A stretch of DNA of 64,000 bases from the NCBI RefSeq assembly GCF_009914755.1, contig NC_060935.1. One strand, given 5' to 3'. This stretch comes from the human T2T-CHM13v2.0 reference genome, Homo sapiens. Position numbers and translations under genes: made by a program. Each line of letters starts with the position of its first letter. Within the stretch, counting starts at the first letter, position 1. Under the pieces are notes generated by a model. That model made no database searches. It was not told where the DNA came from and worked only from the letters and a program-made list of their open reading frames with translations. Shown in pieces: positions 59,793 to 64,000 of the stretch.

Positions 59793-60722
59793 TTAATGTG
59801 GTTGCCCTTTCTTACTCACACAAGAGAAAGGATGGAACAGATCATGAGATTTGACTGTTCTGCTGCGCAGCCTCCACAGGGCACTATGAATGTCCCTGTT
59901 TCTCAGGCTGTAGATGAAAGGGTTCAGCATGGGGATGACCACAGCGTACATCACTGATGCCACCACTCCATTCCTGGGAGATGATGACACAGCTGAAGTC
60001 AGGTACACGCCAATGCCTGTTTCATAAAATAAGCAAACAACTGCCAGGTGAGAGCCACAGGTGGAGAAGGCTTTATACTTCCCATCTGACGATGGAATTC
60101 TTGGAATGGAGGAGACAATTTTATAGTAAGACAAAAGGATCCCTGAAATGGGAAGAAAACCAAATATAGGGATATCTAAAATACATAATATGTTATTGAT
60201 GATGCTGTCAGAACAGGCAAGGTTGAGAAGTTGAGATGGGTCACAGAAAAAAAATTATAGATTTCCACATTCTTGAAGAAGGTGAGTTGTGTAACACAAT
60301 CCAGCTGTGCAGCTGGGAATCCAACAGGCTAAGGAAAAAGGACACCAAAACTAAGAAGACACAGAGGTGAGGATTCATGATGACTCGGTAGTGCAGGGGG
60401 TGACAGATGGGCAGATGGCCACAAATCGGTCATAGGCCATCAGAGTCAGGAGCATGTCTTCTATACATGCAAAAAGGACAAAGAAAGACATCTGTGTCAG
60501 GCAGCCCGCATAAGAGATGACTCTGCTATGCGACTGCATGTCCACAATCATCTTGGGAACTGTGGCCGAGGTGAAACCAATGTCAGCCCAGGACAGGTTG
60601 GAGAGGAAGAAGTACATGGGGGTGTGGAAGTGGGGGTCAGAGCTGCCAGCCAGGATGATGAACAGGTTCCTCAGCATCGTGACCAGGTACATGGACAGGG
60701 AGAGCCCAGTGAGGACGGGCTG
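59793..60722 (-). pseudogene. OR7E2P: Olfactory receptor family 7E pseudogene, 5'-truncated by satellite
   Basis: [44 protein letters not shown]; an 8-nt duplication (CAGATGGG, 60404-60418) frameshifts after TM3; starts at QPVLTGL with no N-terminus. Symbol from recalled locus order. Confidence 0.85.
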
Positions 60723-60723
60723 T

Positions 60724-63700
60724 CTCCCAGTATCGCAGGGGGTTGTACACGCCTTCTGGGATATTGTTCCTAATATCCAGAAGGCAAGAGGATGATATTA
60801 CTCCCAATATCTAAGGGAGTGTACCACCCCCTGTGATACTGTTCCTAATATCTGGGGGAGAGAGGATATTACTCCCAGTATCTCAGAAACTGTACACCCC
60901 TGCTGTGATATTGTTCCTAATATCCAGTGGGGGAGAGAATGACATTTCTCCTAATATGGTAGGGGTTGTACACCTTCCTGTGATATTGTTCTTAATATCT
61001 AGGTGTAGAGAGCATAATATTACCTCCAATATCGCACGGAATTTACACCACCCCTGTGATATTGTTCCTAATATCCAGTGGGGGAGAGAATGATATTACT
61101 CCCAATATCGCAAGGGGTTTACATCACTCCTGTGAGATTGTCCCTAATATCCAGGGAGGGAGAGGATGTTATTACTCCCAATACCGATGGGGGTGCACAC
61201 AACCCTGTGATATTGTACATGATATCTACTGGGGGAGATGATGTTATTACTCCCAATATCTCAGGGGGTGTACACCGCCCCTATGATATTGTTCCTAATA
61301 TCCAAGGGAAGAGAGGAAGATGTTAATCCCAATGTTGCAACAGGTGTACAACTCCCTATATTTTTGTTTTTAAGATCCAGGGGGGAGAGGATGATATTAC
61401 TCCCAATATTGCAGGGGGTGTACACACCCCTGTGATGGTGTTCCTAATATCCAGTGGGCGACAGGATGATATTACTCCCAATATCACAGGGGGTGTACAC
61501 AACCCTGTGGTATTGTTCCTAATATCTAGAGTAAAATAGGATGATATGACTCCCAATATCGCAGAGGGTGTACACTCCTCCTATAATATTGTTCCTAGTA
61601 CCCAGGGAGGGAGAGGATAATATTACATTGAATATTGCAGAGAATGTACACCCACCCCCTGTGATATTGTTCCTAATATCCAAGGAGGGAGAGGATGATA
61701 TTACTCCCAATATCGCAGAGGCAGTACACCTCACCTGTGATATTGTTCCTAATATCCAAGGAGGGAGAGGATGATACTACTCCCAATATCGCAGGGGTGT
61801 ACACACACCGGTCTAAAATCTAGGGGAGAGAGGGTGATATTACACCAAATGTCACAGGGACTGTACATCCCTCCTGTGATATTGTTCCTAATATCCAAGG
61901 GGGAAGAGGATGATATTGCTCCCTATATCAGGGGAAGTGACACCCCCCTGTGATCTTGTTCCTAATATCCAGGGAAGAAGAAGATGATATTACTCACAAT
62001 ATCAGAGGAAGTGTACACTCTTCTTGTGATTTAGTTCAGGTGATATCTCAGGTGAGGAGGGGATGATATTACTTTCAATACCGCAGAGGGTGTACACACT
62101 TCCTGTGATATTGTTTCTAATACCCGTTGCAGGAGAGGAGGATATTACTCCCAATATTGCAGGGAGAGTACACCCACTCTGTGATATCGTTTCTACTATC
62201 CAAAGGGGAAGAGGCTTATATTACTCCCAATATCGTAGAAAGTGTATACCTACCCTGTGATACTGTTCCTAATATCCAGGGGGAGAGTTGAAGATATTAC
62301 TCCCAATATCGCAGCAGGTGTACAAACCCCTGTGATTTTGTTCCTAATATTAAGGGTGAGGGGGGAAGGATGATATTACTCCCAGTATCACAGTGGGTAT
62401 ACACCACCTTTGTAATATTGTTCCTAGTATCCAGAGGGCAAAAAGATGATATTACTCCCAATATCCCAGAAAGTGTACACCCCCCCTTCATAATATCCTG
62501 GGGGGAGAGAATGATATAACTCCCAATATCACAAGAGGTGTACCTTCACCCTGTGATATTTTTCCTAATATACAGGGTGGGGAAGAATGTTATGACTCCC
62601 AATATTGCATGGGGTGGACACCTCCAGTGTGATATTGTTTCTAATATCCATGGGGGAGAGGATGATATTACTCCAAATATTGCAGGGGTTATACACACCC
62701 CCGTGATATTGTTACTATTATCAAGGAAGGAAGAGGATAATATTAATTCCAATATCGCTGGTGGTGTATACCCAACCTGTGATGTTGATCCTAATATCCA
62801 AAGGGGGAGAGGATAATATTACTTTCAATATCGCATTTTGTACACCCCCTGTGATATTGTTCCTAACATCCAGGGGAAACAAGGATGATATTGCTCCCAA
62901 TATCACAGGGGATGTACACCCCTCCATGATATTGTTCTTAATATCCATATGGGGAGAGGAAGATATTACTCCAAATATCTCAGGTGTTGTTCACACCCCC
63001 TGTGATATTGTCGCTCATATCCAGTGAGGGAGAAAATAATATTACTTCCAATATCCCAAGTGGGGTGTACCCCACCTGAGATATCATTCCTAATATCCAG
63101 GTAGGGAGAGGGTGATATTACTCCCAGTATCAAAGGGTGTGTACACTGCCCTTGTGGTGTGGTTTTTAATATCCAGGGGGTGAGAGGATATTACTCCCAA
63201 AGTAGCAGAGGGTGTACACTGCCCCTGTGATATTGTTCCTAATATCAAGGGGGGAGAAGATTATATTACTCCCAATATCACAAGGGTTGTACACCCCCTG
63301 TGATATTGTTCGTAATATCCAGGGAGGGAGAGGATGACATTACATTCAATATCACAAGAGGTGTACATCCCCACTGTGATATCGTTCCTACTATCCAAGA
63401 AGGGAGTGGATGATATTACTCCCAATATCGCAGTGGGTGTACGTTACCCCTGTGTTATAGTTTCTTATATTCAGGAGGGACAGGATAATATAACCCCAAA
63501 TTTGGCCGGTGGTTTGACCCCCCTTGTGATATTGTTCCTTATATCCCAGGGCGGGGAAGACAATAATACTGCCCTCAGTATCGCGGGAAATGTACGTCAC
63601 CCTGTGATATTTTTCCTAATATCCAGAGGGAGAGAGAATGATATTACTCCCAATATCGTAGAAGTGTACAGCCCCCCTGTGATATTGTTCTTAATATCCG

Positions 63701-64000
63701 TGGGGTGAGTATGATATTACTCCCAATATAGAAGGGGGAAGTACACCCTCCTGTGATACTGTTCCTAATATCCACCGGGGGTGAGAATGATATTACTCCC
63801 AATATCGCAGGAGGTGTACATCCCTCTGTCACATTGTTCGTAATGTTTAACGGGAAAGATAATATTACTCGAAATATCGTTAATACCCTGTGTGTCCACC
63901 CCCCTGTGATATAATTAGTAATATCCAGGGGGAGAGGAAGGTGATATTACTCCCCATGTCACGGGGGGTGTCCACCCTCCTGTGATATGATCCGTAATAT
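60724..64000. repeat. SATR-family satellite array, ~73-75-bp unit (runs off the window)
   Basis: Units like GATATTACTCCCAATATCGCAGGGGGTGTACACCCCCTGTGATATTGTTCCTAATATCCAGGGGGAGAGGAT; period 75 measured at 61393/61468. Confidence 0.92.

Noticed and set aside
60833-63832. Many repetitive ORFs (VILFLIS / DITPNIAG)
   Set aside because: Translations of the satellite unit in different frames.
60724-64000. CRISPR-like look (palindromic ~36-bp repeats with spacers), also at 33397-35216
   Set aside because: The spacers are themselves repeated and homologous, the repeats are diverged, there are no cas genes and the context is primate; this is satellite DNA.

Overview
Human (primate) genomic DNA, recognisable as the PRSS23 locus (11q14). 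The left ~27 kb is old single-copy DNA rich in MIR/L2. It holds a CpG-island promoter, non-coding exon 1 (donor at 3399/3400), a 7-kb intron and exon 2 carrying the whole 383-aa PRSS23 CDS (10392-11543) plus a ~2.4-kb 3'UTR. Further on are a full-length MOB4 (phocein) processed pseudogene on the minus strand that the ORF track misses, a candidate MIR/L2-derived cassette exon and a very young AluY. A full-length L1PA3-like element (27.2-33.4 kb) marks an abrupt switch to an OR7E-type segmental-duplication block. That block contains two SATR satellite arrays, two OR7E pseudogenes, an L1-retrotransposed HERV-W copy inserted into the start of one OR, a full-length L1PA7-like element with nested insertions, a deleted HERV30/ERV9-W-class provirus and an Alu/L1M cluster. 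I see no prokaryote-style novel system (no CRISPR, operon or defence island). The most unusual signals are an ancient L1M 3' end retro-inserted with a perfect TSD into a much younger L1, a TSD-less L1 at the duplicon junction, nested palindromes in the satellite unit, two short non-tandem duplications in PRSS23 intron 1, and a TE-derived exon. Repeat subfamily names and OR pseudogene symbols are from memory of consensus sequences and locus order, not from a search.
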